DNA of 64,000 nt from an uncultured virus (IMG/VR IMGVR_UViG_3300032330_000565) (taxonomy: Duplodnaviria > Heunggongvirae > Uroviricota > Caudoviricetes): IMG/VR virus record IMGVR_UViG_3300032330_000565. One strand, given 5' to 3'. Below the pieces are notes generated by a model. The model worked only from the letters and a program-made list of their open reading frames with translations. It made no database searches and was not told the origin of the DNA. The position numbers were made by a program, and so were the translations under genes. How positions within the stretch are numbered: the first letter of the stretch is position 1; the number at the start of each line of letters is the position of its first letter. Of this stretch, positions 28,163 to 40,200 are shown piece by piece.

Positions 28163-28198
28163 GAGTACTCCTATGAGTATTTAGATGGATACAAAGAC
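28149..28198 (-). promoter_or_regulatory. Late-promoter-like CTAAATA inside a 14-bp hairpin that covers the start codon and SD
   Basis: gtctttgtatccat (28149-28162) and atggatacaaagac (28185-28198) are perfect reverse complements. Inner TACTC/GAGTA pairs over GGAG. TCTAAATA at 28185-28178. Confidence 0.78.
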
Positions 28199-28209
28199 GA
28201 TGTGAAAAA

Positions 28210-29151
28210 TTATGCTACAGTTCCAGTAACGGAGATTGTTCCCCAAGTATTGGCTAAGTAAGTAGTTTCGGGTGCTTGTGCTGTTACAGTTGTTGCTGCA
28301 CCAAGTGCTACTGCGTACCCATCTGGAACTTCATCCCAAAGTGTATATATTGTTATAATACTACCAGTGTCACCATTAGAACCTTGAGTTCCATTACTCT
28401 TAACATTAACGCTAATGTATGAACCTAAGTATCCGCTTGGGCCAGTTGCTGCTGTCTGAGAAAATATATTTGCATTTGCAGTAGTTAGTGCATAGTACCC
28501 ATTATTTGTACTTACAGTAGATGTTCCACTACCGCCTACTTTTTTAACACCCGTATATGAAGTGCTAGCTATAGTTGCTGTACCTGACGAAGGTGCGCTG
28601 ATAGTAATTGTACCTACAGCAGTTGCCAATGCATTCCATAAGTTGTCAATTGCTGTACCGGTGGGTTGTGAACAAGTTATCTTTAATTGGCCGCCTGAAT
28701 TAAAGAAATATCTAGCAGCATCACCATTTGCAAATGTTACTGTATGAGTAAACAAAATTTGTGTTGACCAAGAACTTGCACGAGTTGCAGTATTAGCAAC
28801 AGTAGAACCTTGCGTAGCTGCATTTAATCTACTAGTGTAGATAGTTGTAAGGTTAGTAGGTATTGCAGACAAGTACGTAACGGTTCCGCCTGCCACCGGC
28901 GCAGTAACACTAGTAATTGATGTTCCTTGATGTGAAGCCGAGTTTGACGTTTTGTTTACAAGATTTGCCCAGTTTGCAGCAGCAACACTGTCTCCAGTAG
29001 CTACGGTTGCAATTGCAGTTTGACCATATCCAGCAGTTGTTCCACCAGTAGACCAAACAGTGTTTAGCGTACCTGATGTAGTATTTGGATTAGTACCTAC
29101 TAAAGTATTATAATCCGCTGCTGCAATTGTTCCATATTGTGCGTAAGTCAT
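28210..29151 (-). CDS. Thr/Ser/Gly-rich virion structural (tail/fibre-associated) protein, 313 aa
   Basis: GYGQ and RYFFNSGG motifs; beta-rich T/S/G composition; follows the fibre gene. Confidence 0.6.
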   Translation of the reverse strand: MTYAQYGTIAAADYNTLVGTNPNTTSGTLNTVWSTGGTTAGYGQTAIATVATGDSVAAANWANLVNKTSNSASHQGTSITSVTAPVAGGTVTYLSAIPTNLTTIYTSRLNAATQGSTVANTATRASSWSTQILFTHTVTFANGDAARYFFNSGGQLKITCSQPTGTAIDNLWNALATAVGTITISAPSSGTATIASTSYTGVKKVGGSGTSTVSTNNGYYALTTANANIFSQTAATGPSGYLGSYISVNVKSNGTQGSNGDTGSIITIYTLWDEVPDGYAVALGAATTVTAQAPETTYLANTWGTISVTGTVA

Positions 29152-29160
29152 GTTTTATCC

Positions 29161-30408
29161 TTATTTAGAAACAGTAACAATTGCTAAAACTGTTCCAATA
29201 CTAGTTGTTGTTTTATTTTCCAATGCTCGCCCAACAACATTAAATGCAGTTGCTTCACCTGTTGTAGCTGCACGGGCTATTCCATTACCTGCACTAACTA
29301 GACGATCACCTTTCTTTACTATACCAGTGACTTTAACTGGAACACGTCCTGTCATCGCTACTGGTGGGTGAGTAGTATCAGTGCCTGCACCTGAATTCAT
29401 CAAGTAAGCAGCACTATCAGAGATAACACCAAATATATCTTCACTTAATTCGTATTTTACGCTAGTGATTTCTTTATCTCCACCTAATTCAACAACAGTA
29501 CCTGCATCATAATACGCATCTGCCTCAAAGCGTTCTGCCAAGTCAGCGTATGTAGCTAGCAATCTAGAACCGGCTGTTAATGTCCAGTTACCTGTAATTT
29601 GTCCTGCAACTGTGTTTCCACCCGTAGTGATATTTGCTGTTGTAACAGAAGAAGGAGCGATTACACCGGCAAACTGAGAAACTGCATTTGAACCAGTCAA
29701 GTAATCAAATACATTACCGTTGTTATATGTACCTGCAAAGCTAATTGGGGTACCATTTGCGTACATGTATCTATCGGTTTTAATACCATATGAATTACCT
29801 GCATTGTTGATTACGATATTACCTGAGTTAACATACAGGCCTGTACCAGCAACAGAGTTTGCTGTTCCTGTACCGTTCAATGTCCAAGTTCCTGTAACTG
29901 TACCAGCAGTTGTTGCGCTACCAGTTGTTATTGTAGTAGTGTTTAATGTTCCAATATTACCGGTCGTCACGTTTGCTGTAGCGATAGTAGCATTTGCAGT
30001 TACTGTTGCAGTAGTCACTGTAATAGAATTTGCGGTGATAGATTCAGTAACAGTCATATTGTTTGCGCCAATATTTCCAGTAACTGTAACTGCACCAAAC
30101 GTTGTTGCACCACCGCTAGAAGTTGAAGTTAGTGCTAACCAACTACTAGCTGAAGTTGTACCGTCTGCTGGACAAACATACATTGTATTTGAGTTAGTAT
30201 TGTACCATAACTGTCCTGCTAGAGGATTAGCCGGAGGACTTGCGTTAGCATAGTTTTCCAGTTGATGTACAAAGTTTGTATCTAAGTATGCGCCGTACCC
30301 AGCATAGTTTCTACCAGGTAATGCTAGGGAAGTACTGCTAGTGTTGATAGTACCATCAGCAATGGTTGTCAGTACTTGACCATTACTTTTTAGAATTGTA
30401 TATGCCAT
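29161..30408 (-). CDS. Tail fibre/spike protein with a putative C-terminal intramolecular-chaperone (autocleavage) domain, 415 aa
   Basis: N-terminal GRNYAGYG...LENYA..PPANPLAGQLWY; T/N-rich beta-helix-like middle; YADLAE...GTVV...PVAMTGRVPVKV..GDRLV. Confidence 0.7.
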   Translation of the reverse strand: MAYTILKSNGQVLTTIADGTINTSSTSLALPGRNYAGYGAYLDTNFVHQLENYANASPPANPLAGQLWYNTNSNTMYVCPADGTTSASSWLALTSTSSGGATTFGAVTVTGNIGANNMTVTESITANSITVTTATVTANATIATANVTTGNIGTLNTTTITTGSATTAGTVTGTWTLNGTGTANSVAGTGLYVNSGNIVINNAGNSYGIKTDRYMYANGTPISFAGTYNNGNVFDYLTGSNAVSQFAGVIAPSSVTTANITTGGNTVAGQITGNWTLTAGSRLLATYADLAERFEADAYYDAGTVVELGGDKEITSVKYELSEDIFGVISDSAAYLMNSGAGTDTTHPPVAMTGRVPVKVTGIVKKGDRLVSAGNGIARAATTGEATAFNVVGRALENKTTTSIGTVLAIVTVSK

Positions 30409-30439
30409 TTTAAAATTTCTCCGATATCTGTTATTTATC

Positions 30440-31060
30440 TTATATTGTTACTAAATTCGTCAAACTTTGAATTCTGACGGTGTAATCAATTTGAATCTGC
30501 CTATTTAAACTTTTTTGCACAGGGTGAAAAATCACATGGGTTAAAAGTCGTGTAATAATTGCCCCTGAACTGTCTGATCCATAATTAGCAAGCAAACCCA
30601 ATTCGTCAAAAATATAAGAACTATCTGTTTGTGTGCTATTATCAAATGCTGCTTGCCCTGCCGGTTCACCATAATCTAGCAAACATTGTACCAAAATATC
30701 AGTATAATACTTGCCCGTAGTATGGGTAACAGTCATCTTGTTGCGTGTAGGATCCAAGTTAAAAACGCTGGTATCGTCTACAATTTTTGCGTAAGTTTGG
30801 TTATACAATGCTGCGTTTTGTCCCGTAACATTTGGGGGCAAATACGTGATAACTCCTGTATCAGATACGCTGGCCCCGCCGTTACCAAACGCCATTTCAT
30901 AGATTTCTCCGTAACCACGACTTGATAATGTGTCAGCGATAGCTTCTGACATATTTTCGTAATTGATGGCATTTTTCTTATCTACAAATATTTCCCCGTC
31001 GTTAGGGTCGTAGATTTTCAAAAATCCTTCTATTTTATATGATAGTGTTATTACTGACAT
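30440..31060 (-). CDS. Putative baseplate/tail structural protein, 206 aa
   Basis: KKNAINYEN, MAFGNGG, LDYGEP, FDELGL, LTHVIFHPVQKS; lies between the giant baseplate gene and the fibre gene. Confidence 0.6.
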   Translation of the reverse strand: MSVITLSYKIEGFLKIYDPNDGEIFVDKKNAINYENMSEAIADTLSSRGYGEIYEMAFGNGGASVSDTGVITYLPPNVTGQNAALYNQTYAKIVDDTSVFNLDPTRNKMTVTHTTGKYYTDILVQCLLDYGEPAGQAAFDNSTQTDSSYIFDELGLLANYGSDSSGAIITRLLTHVIFHPVQKSLNRQIQIDYTVRIQSLTNLVTI

Positions 31061-31212
31061 TAATTATCGCCTCGCATGTGAACCAAAACTTCTTTAGTGT
31101 TTGGGTCTGTTATCTTTATCCCGGAAGAAAAATAAAAACCCCCGTGTTCATTAGGCTTGGGGCCAGGTTTCTCGGGCTGTTTTTGTTTATTTTCTTCCAC
31201 TTTTTCGTTCAT
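31060..31212 (-). CDS. Small protein, 50 aa (not in the ORF track): MNEKVEENKQKQPEKPGPKPNEHGGFYFSSGIKITDPNTKEVLVHMRGDN
   Basis: TAATG coupling to the next gene; preceded by GATAAATAAATA; its C-terminus resembles the N-terminus of the 206-aa protein. Confidence 0.7.
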   Translation of the reverse strand: MNEKVEENKQKQPEKPGPKPNEHGGFYFSSGIKITDPNTKEVLVHMRGDN

Positions 31213-31226
31213 ATATTTATTTATCT

Positions 31227-34200
31227 TTAGTTTCTATCCGTTCTCAAGAAATCTGCGCCTGCTGTGTACGCAATCTGCAATGGATCACCTTCTACTGTGT
31301 TGTAGACTCCGGGGATAGGATTCCATTCACTAGCATATAACACATCCGACATTCTATTGCTCGGTATTATACCAAACACCTCAGTGTATACAGGAATGTA
31401 ATTCTGTACCCCGGTTCCGTTTGCACCCCTAGACAATAGACTGATTGAATTATTTTCTAGGTTACACTCACCAAATCCAATCTGTTCACCGTTTAGATAT
31501 ATCAAACGACCTACAACCGACGTAATTACTAACTCATTCCCCTCAGCCACTTGACTGTAAATCTGCAAAATAGGAGCAGTATCAACAATAATTATCTTAA
31601 AGTTTGCAGGATTTACTGTGACTGACGTTGTAGCATTGTAAACAACAAGGTGACAAATAGTATTTTTATCAGAACTTAATCCAATATTATACTTCCCGTC
31701 TACTGCTGCAGGGCATGTTACATCTTGAACCACGCTATCGGTAACACGATGTACATCATTTAAATAGATAATGTCATCAGTATACTTGAGAGGTTCAGTT
31801 AACCAAGTTCTAGTCTGTATATTTGCTCTGTAAACAGCCGCTTCGTTTGAAGTATTTACATTTAGTAAATATACTTCTTCGTTTGGCGTTGCAGTTGGCA
31901 TCATACTTGTTATGATAATTTGATCACCAGTCTCAACCGTTGTCAATATACTCAAGTTATTGAACTCATTCAACTTCAACTTAGATGATGGGACTCTACG
32001 ACCATTAACTGTTACCCATAATCTATCAACATTGACTTGCTCAAACTCAGTGACGTTAATTGATCCAGTATCATTGACTAACACAACTTCAGCTTGGTCT
32101 GGGTATCTGTTTTCAGTAATAGTAAACTCTTGCAAACCAGTAGCAAAGCCTGTGCCTGATCCAGAAGCATCTGCAATAAATGTGTCACCTACTGCATACG
32201 TAACCGAAACAGTTCCTGCAGCAACATTCCAATCAGTTGTTCCTAATATAGTAATCTCATATTCATTACCAACAATGAAATTGCCAGCAGCAATCTCAGG
32301 TCTTACTACATAAACATAATATTGTGTTTTTGCTAGTATACCGCCCATAAGATCAGTGCCAGCAGCAACACCTAATTGAGTAAAGATTACCGGAGTATTT
32401 GGTACTAAAACATTAGTATCAGTAACTGTAATTCTATTACCAACAGCAGTCGTAGAAGTTGCAAGAGTATCAACAATAGTAAACAACTCATCTATCCAAA
32501 CATATCCACCTGACACATATGCAGAGATACTAGTTACTGGATAGTTTACTGCATTCAATGCTGGATTGAATGGCTGTGTGTATAAATCAAAAATAGTGTT
32601 AGTTATTACATGAACATAATATGTATTGTTGTTTAGTTGAGTAGAACCAACCAATCCACCAATGCGAACTATATCATCTTCTACTAAATTATTATCTATT
32701 CCAGTAGTTACTCTAACAGCAGGCGTGCCGCCCATATATGATATGAGACTTTCAGATGAATTAGTCAAGGTAATTTGATTACCAAACTGATCCATAATAG
32801 TAAATTCATTTGGACCGGCAATTGTTTCAACAAAGTATACTTGTCCGGTTGTCTGAATTCCACCAACATTCGCTAGTATTGCAGTTCCAGTACCAGTACC
32901 GGCTCCGGTAGCTGTAAATATTTCTCCTACATACGGTGTTGCACTTGCACCAATTGCATTCCAATCAGTATCACCCAATGTGATAATTTGATAAATGTTA
33001 GTGTTAACAAGCCCATTAGCAGCAAACACAGGTGATTTAAATATAATGTTTTGAGTTGCAACTAACCCAGCAGTATCTCCACACAATACATAATTTGTAG
33101 TGACTTGAGTACCTGATATAGGTAATGTTAGTGCCGGTGGAGTAATATTGTTATTGATAGCAACAATATTTGCAACAGTCAATCCGTTAACAACACCATT
33201 CATTGAACCAGTATCAGTAGTAACTACTGTAGGTAATCCACCAACTGTAGTAGATATAGTGAAATCACTAGAATTTAATATTTCAGTTATGTAATATATT
33301 TGTCCAGCTACAATTCCACCAACCGTTGGACTAGAGAATATTATTGGACTATTTACTGTCAAGTTACCAGTTGTTCCTGAAGCTAATGTCAAGTAATTTA
33401 ATTCTTGGTCATACGCTATTATTGACGGAGTATCTTCATCAAATGTATTAACTGTAGGAGTATCTTGATCAAAAGTACTTACATCATGCGTAGTTGAACC
33501 CACTGTTACAGTGGTCAATTGTGAACCACTTGACCCTGTTATACCATATTGAGTATTTAAATACTGTCGTGCGGTTTGGTTATAAGTTGTTACAGCTATC
33601 ACATCACCGTCTGCCGGAGGCGTATAGAATAAAATAGTATTAGTCAATGAACTTATATTATAAGCAGATTCAGTTTGTCTTACGCCGTTTATTTCTACAA
33701 TAGCGTTAGTTGGGTTATCTTCGCCTACATAATTACTTAACGCAAATGAAGCGGTTCCTACATTATCTCCAGTAAACAATTCAACTTGTGGTATTGTATA
33801 ACCATATTGAATTGGTACTGTTTGACCCATTAAAGTATATGTCAAGTAATCATCGGTAGTGTTATATTGGCTTGCAAATATAAGTGCTGCGGTAATACCA
33901 TTATCAGCTAATCCAATTGCATAATCATTTGTTACAAATGTTGCACCGCCGGATGCATCAGTCAATGTCAATACAGATCCGCCCTGAGTTTCAGAGATAG
34001 TAAATTCATTACCGTCAAGAATTTGTTTTATATAATAAACTTGTTGTGGAACAATCACATCACCAAACATTGTATCACTGAATACGATAGGTGAATCCAC
34101 AATTAATCCGCCAGTACTGACAGTAGTGACTGCGTTGTTACTAGCTTTTGTTTTAATAACTAAAGCGGTAGCACCTAAAACAAGTAAATTACCATTGTGA

Positions 34201-37200
34201 TAGACTGCCGGCGGAGTCCACGGTAATCCAGTACCAACTTGAATAATTACTTCCATAGAACCAGTCGCACTTGTCAACAAGAATGTTTCACCTGCTGTAC
34301 CAGTAGATAGATTATATGTTTCAGATATAGTAATTCTATTTGACGCTGCACCTATTGTTTTTACATAGTATACTTGGTCTTCAACTATTCCACCAAACAC
34401 TGAACCGCTGAAAGATATAGGACTATTTAATGTGAAAGAGTCTACTGCATCACATGTTATTGCATTTGTTATGCTGTCGGTCTTAACTGCAACTACATAT
34501 ATTGGAGAAGTATCAGGTCTAATAATACCTGACCCTTGGTATATACTTTCGCTATAATTTGCGTTTACGTATATTTCATTAAATCCAGTTGTTTCATTTG
34601 TTCTAATTGGATCTGTTTCAGTATTAGCTTTTACTAACTGATCACCGTTACCAACTTCATAAACATCAATTCTTAATGTGTCTGCTGTGCCCGGAGAAAT
34701 ATATGTTATAGGAGTATTTAATTCTATAACTTTATTAACCCAATCTATTGTGTAGTCAAGTCCTTCATAGATTGAAGTACTTAATCCAGTTGTGTAATCT
34801 ATTACAAACACTGCTAGTTGTGCCGGAGTCGTAACTACATTATAAAAATCATAAAGAACTTGACTCGCATCAGTTGGAGTGATTTCTATTGAAACTACAT
34901 TGTAACCTACATGTTGATATACCGTTTCATCCCAATCGGTTCCAGGACGAGTTGCCACTGTCATTGTGATAGTGTCAGATACTACACCGGGTACTAATTC
35001 TTCTGGACCATATCCTGAAGTAAACGCATCTCCTTGAACAGTATAGATAGACGGAGTAGTTTCAAACGTTGCAGATATAGTCCATGTTATTGCGTCTGGA
35101 CTTGTTAAAATTGCATTATTTCGTCCAACTACTACATATTGTTCTGCATCATTATTCCAAACAGTGCTTTCTAATATAGATGTTACACCTGATGTTTGCT
35201 GAGTCCATGTTATACCATCGCTAGTACCTGTCAATATTACACCATTATGTCCAACTGCAACAAATTTATTATTATAACTATCCCAAATGACATTGGTTAA
35301 CGTATTTGCTACGGTAGATGATTGAGGGAACCAGTTTATAGTATTAAAACTAGTGTAAATTATACCATCATCTCCAACCGCTACAATCGTTTGGCTGTTA
35401 GAAGCAATGCTGTTAAATCCTAAACTAGTTCCGTTGAAAGTAACTTGAGTCCAAGTATATGCGTCTGGGCTGGTGTAGATAATTGCAAAATCAATTGCGA
35501 TACCAGTAATCAATTCTTGACCAAAACCAACTGCTATATAACCAGTGTAACCAGGAGTACTTACATAAGAAACTCCATTGAATACGTTAGTTAAACCATT
35601 TGTAAATGCATAACGCTCTGTCCAAGAATATAAATCAGTAGATGTAACAATATTTTCGCCTACTGCAACATATACACCATTGTGATATGTTACGCTATTC
35701 AATGACAATGATGGTACTAGAACAGAAGAAACGTCAAAGTTACCCATATCATATGGTATACCATCAAACGGAGTAAATGTTCCGTTACTAATCCAAGTAT
35801 ATCCATTATCACTTACTAAGATAGGAGTTGCATTATTGTTAGTAGTTATAACATAACTTCCACCGGCATACAACAAATCAGTAATAAACAATGATTGATT
35901 TGCTAGCTTATTGATAGACCAAGTTGTTGCATCAGCACTTACGTTAAATGCAGAATATGTACTTGCATCTGAACCAGCAATATAAACTAGACCGTTCCAA
36001 ACAACAGCCTTTAAATCTACACCTGTTGGGTAGAACTGCTGATCTTGCAACACAGTATCTAATGCATACTCATCGGCTGGTGCAAAAGCGTTACCTAAAT
36101 AAGTACTGTTTGGATATGTTATTCCAGTAACCAATTGAGTTAAATCTACACCCGGCATGTTGATAGTTGGTTGATAGTAACCAATAATTCTATCTAATGC
36201 ATTTAATTTCTTATCACCTGATGTTAACAATTCCCACTTACCAAAGATAAATTCAGGATCGTTGTTACTGATAACACATTGATATAAACGATTGTTGTAC
36301 TTTACAATACTAGGATTGAAGTAGAATGGTTCTGGTAAGAATACATAATCACCTGATCTAGCCATTGTCATGCTATTACCTGAACTAGTAGCTAATTGGA
36401 ATGTACTTCCGCCCATCGTTTCAGAAATAGTTACAGTAGTTGTTGTTGGTTTGCTTGCGATATAATAAGTAGCACCTAATACAATGTTACCAAACACAGT
36501 TCCAGTAAATACCACCGGATCATTAATATCAAACGCAGTAGAACTTGTTACAGTAACTCTATCGTTTCCAGAATTAGTAGTTGTAGCAGCAGTTGATGTA
36601 ACTCCTACATAAGGGAAATTCTGTCCACTCACAGGAACTGTTAAGTTAGGATTACTATAGACACCTACTTGTGTTTCTGATAGAACTTTTAAGTAATATT
36701 GATCAACTACTCCTGCTGGGGTTCCACTAGCAATTGCTGATGTTACGCCACCGGTTGAATTAATAGTTAGCACAGTTAATTGTAAATCATTAACAGGAGT
36801 TGTTCCTCCTACATCGGTTCCCAATATAGTTATAACGTTATCCACTGCATAACCGCTGCCATTTGAGATGATAGTTGCTCTATAGCCACCTAATATATAG
36901 CTAGCATCAAATACTGGATCACTACCTGTTTCTTGTGTAAGAGTTACTGGTTCTTGATGTACAATATAAGCACCTGAGCCTGCAATGGTAGTATTAATAT
37001 CTACTCCAGTTGGGCTGTACGCAATATTGAATGTGCCATTTACGCCACCTGATGAATTCTTAACATAGTAAGTTACTTCTGATGATAATGGTACAGGCAA
37101 TGATCCAGTAGTGTCAAATCTGATAGCAGTTCCGTCAACATAAGCGTCACCGTTTGATACAGTAACGACTGCTGGACTAGCTGTTGTAATGGAAGCAGTT

Positions 37201-40200
37201 TGAACAGAATCTGTTAATGCATCTACAATTTCAATATAAGGATCACCTGAACCAGTCATTGATCCGTTGCTGTTAGTTACTGAAACTAAACTACCCAAAT
37301 TTACATCTGATGAAATCTTAAATTTACCTGAAGAAATTCCAGGGGTATCAATTTCATAAACATAGTAAACTTCACCCAATGATATGCCACCTAAAGAGGT
37401 GCCACCGAAGCGTAACGGCATGCCAACATATAATACGTCAGTAGTATCTGGATTTTCACTAATTGGTAAAATTAACCAATTACCAGTGCTTGTGGTACTA
37501 GTAACTACTATTTCAGTAACACCAGTACCAGTAACGGTGTATGGTCCACCTGCAACTGTCAGTCCACCAATATCACTTTCAACATTAAATTCTAAGTTAT
37601 CGTAAATATTAGTTAAACCAATCCCTGTACTTGATAAACATATTCTTCCTACATTTTCCAAGGTTGCTTGAATTTCTCTAGTTAACAAGTTAGTAACAGT
37701 GCCGGAAACATTTGAATACTGGGTAGAAGTTTCATAGAATGTAACTTCTTGACCATTGATTTGTCCGGGGCTGACTGGTAACCCTATGTTCATTGTCATT
37801 GAACCAGATGCAGTAGTTAATACTAATGCATCTGCTTGACTTGTAAGAGTACAAGAACCAGTATCATCAGTTAGTATAACTGCGGCGCCATTTACAGTAG
37901 TAGCGATAGAGAATGAAGTATTACCTGAGAATATCTCTCTTACATAATAAGTTGTTCCAGCAACTATGTTGCCAAATGTAGTGCCAGTAAAGATAATAGG
38001 ATCGTTTACATTTAATCCAGCCGTACTATCACAAGTTATAGAATTATTGCTTGATGAAGTAGCAGTAACTTCAAATGTTGTTGGATCATTGTTTAAAGAC
38101 ATTGTAAATGTTTGGTTGTCAATGATTGTTATTACATAATAAATTTCATTTTCAACTATTCCGCCAAATACAGTCCCAGTAAAGAATATAGGGGCACCTA
38201 AATATAATCCAGTAGTCCCGTCTTGACCTGTAAGTGTTAGTTGAACTGTAACCTGATTTGTTCCACTTGTTGTTGCTGTTACTGTTCTTATGCCGTCATA
38301 GTTAATTGTCAACACTGCAAGATTTGTCAATTGACCAACGTATAAAGTAAGTCCAGCAGTAACGATGGTAGCGGTATTTTGTGCTAATACAGTTCCCGGG
38401 TTGCCATTAACATCAACTGTTTCAGAAACAGTAAACCCGGTATCTTCTAATACATTAGTATCAATATTTGGTAACTTAACTAAAGATTTTACATAGTATG
38501 TAACCCCATCAGTTAATGTTGTTCCAATAGTTGATCCTACGAATTTAATAGGCATACCAATATAGAAACCAATCGTAGAACCGATATAACTATCTACAGT
38601 TACACCACCTAAACTAGGATTAATTCTTATTGCATTTGGATATAATGTTGCCGGACCATATGTCTGCACGGTTGATCTGGTTCTTGAAGACCAAGTCAAT
38701 GTCTGCTGATTCTCTGCGTTTAATATTTCAAAACTAACACCGTGTGCGCTAGATAAAATTTGACTTATCGGAGGTGAAGTGCTTTCTAATGTTATAGAAG
38801 ATGATGAAATCTCTGCACTATTATTGATAGTACCTGCATAGAATGATCCATAAAAATTACCAGGAGTCCATGGAGTTACTTGAGAATCATATGTTGTTCT
38901 ATCAAAACGCAAAGCAATGCTGTTCTCTCTTACTGGTATTGAACTAGTAACGCAACTACCAATTGCACCTACACTAAAGTATTGTGAGCCACTACCTTGT
39001 GTTCCTAAAACAATACGATTATGATCACGCAAAGCATTTAAGTAAGAACCGTAGAGTGCAAATATCGGAGAAGGAGCTATCTCTAATAGATTCACATAAT
39101 AACGTTGTCCCGGTACCAATCCTACAATTTCTGTTCCGCCCGCTGCTACAGTGTAAACTACCAAGTCACCTGTTTGTAATGTAGGGCTACTTATTCCAAT
39201 TGTGTTTGATACTGTATTTACTTGGGCACTATCAACTAATACTGTAAATGCAGGATCAATTATAATTTGAGGTAAAACTGCATAACCTTCACCTGGATTA
39301 AGAACAGTAACACCAGTAACAATGCCTAAACTCATTATAGGTTCTAATTGTGCAGGTACCCTTGGTGCAGGATATATTAATGTATCAATATAAGCTGTAA
39401 CTCTAGGTGGATTAACGTAGCCTCTACCTTCATTAAGAACCAATACTGCTGGTAAATCTATAAAGATATCTTCACCTGGAATATGAATTGAAACAGCAGT
39501 TCCGTGTATCCCGCGTGATAAACCAGTTAACTCACCCGTCGCTAAATCTCTATTAGAATAACTTAAATACTCTTCGCCTATTAATAAAGTGCCTGAAACG
39601 GGGAATCCATTTACATTATCAACAAAACATGAAGTAGAATTTAATGACATGTAAGAAGCTAGTACCGAGATTTGGTATCCATCTTGTCCTGAAATACTTA
39701 ATCCATAATTTTCATACCATTGACTATATGGAGCTGTTTGCCATATTGGGTCAGTTGGCAAGAATTGATTGTCTCCGCTTGCATTAGCATAAACTAGTTG
39801 AGGTGTTACAAATTGTGTTATGGTAGCATCGTATTGTGCTGGTAAATCAAAATCAGTTATATCACCTTCAAATATTTCAGTTCTTGTATATTTAAATATA
39901 AATTCTTTAATTACAACATGGAAAGGCTTAACTTCATTTAAGTAACCTTCTAAGAATAATTGATTATCAGAACGGAATACTTCTAATGGAAGCAACTCAC
40001 GAATGGTATGCGATACGTCCAAGAATGATGTCTTGTTTAACCAAGTTAAGTAATTTTGACTTTCAATGGTTTCACTTTGAATATATTCAAATAATAAAAT
40101 TAAACTCTTGTTTCTGAATACTAATAACTCATTGGTATAAATTTCTTCATTCAATGCACGAACTATGTAACGTGTTTCTGTTGATGGATATTCATCATAT

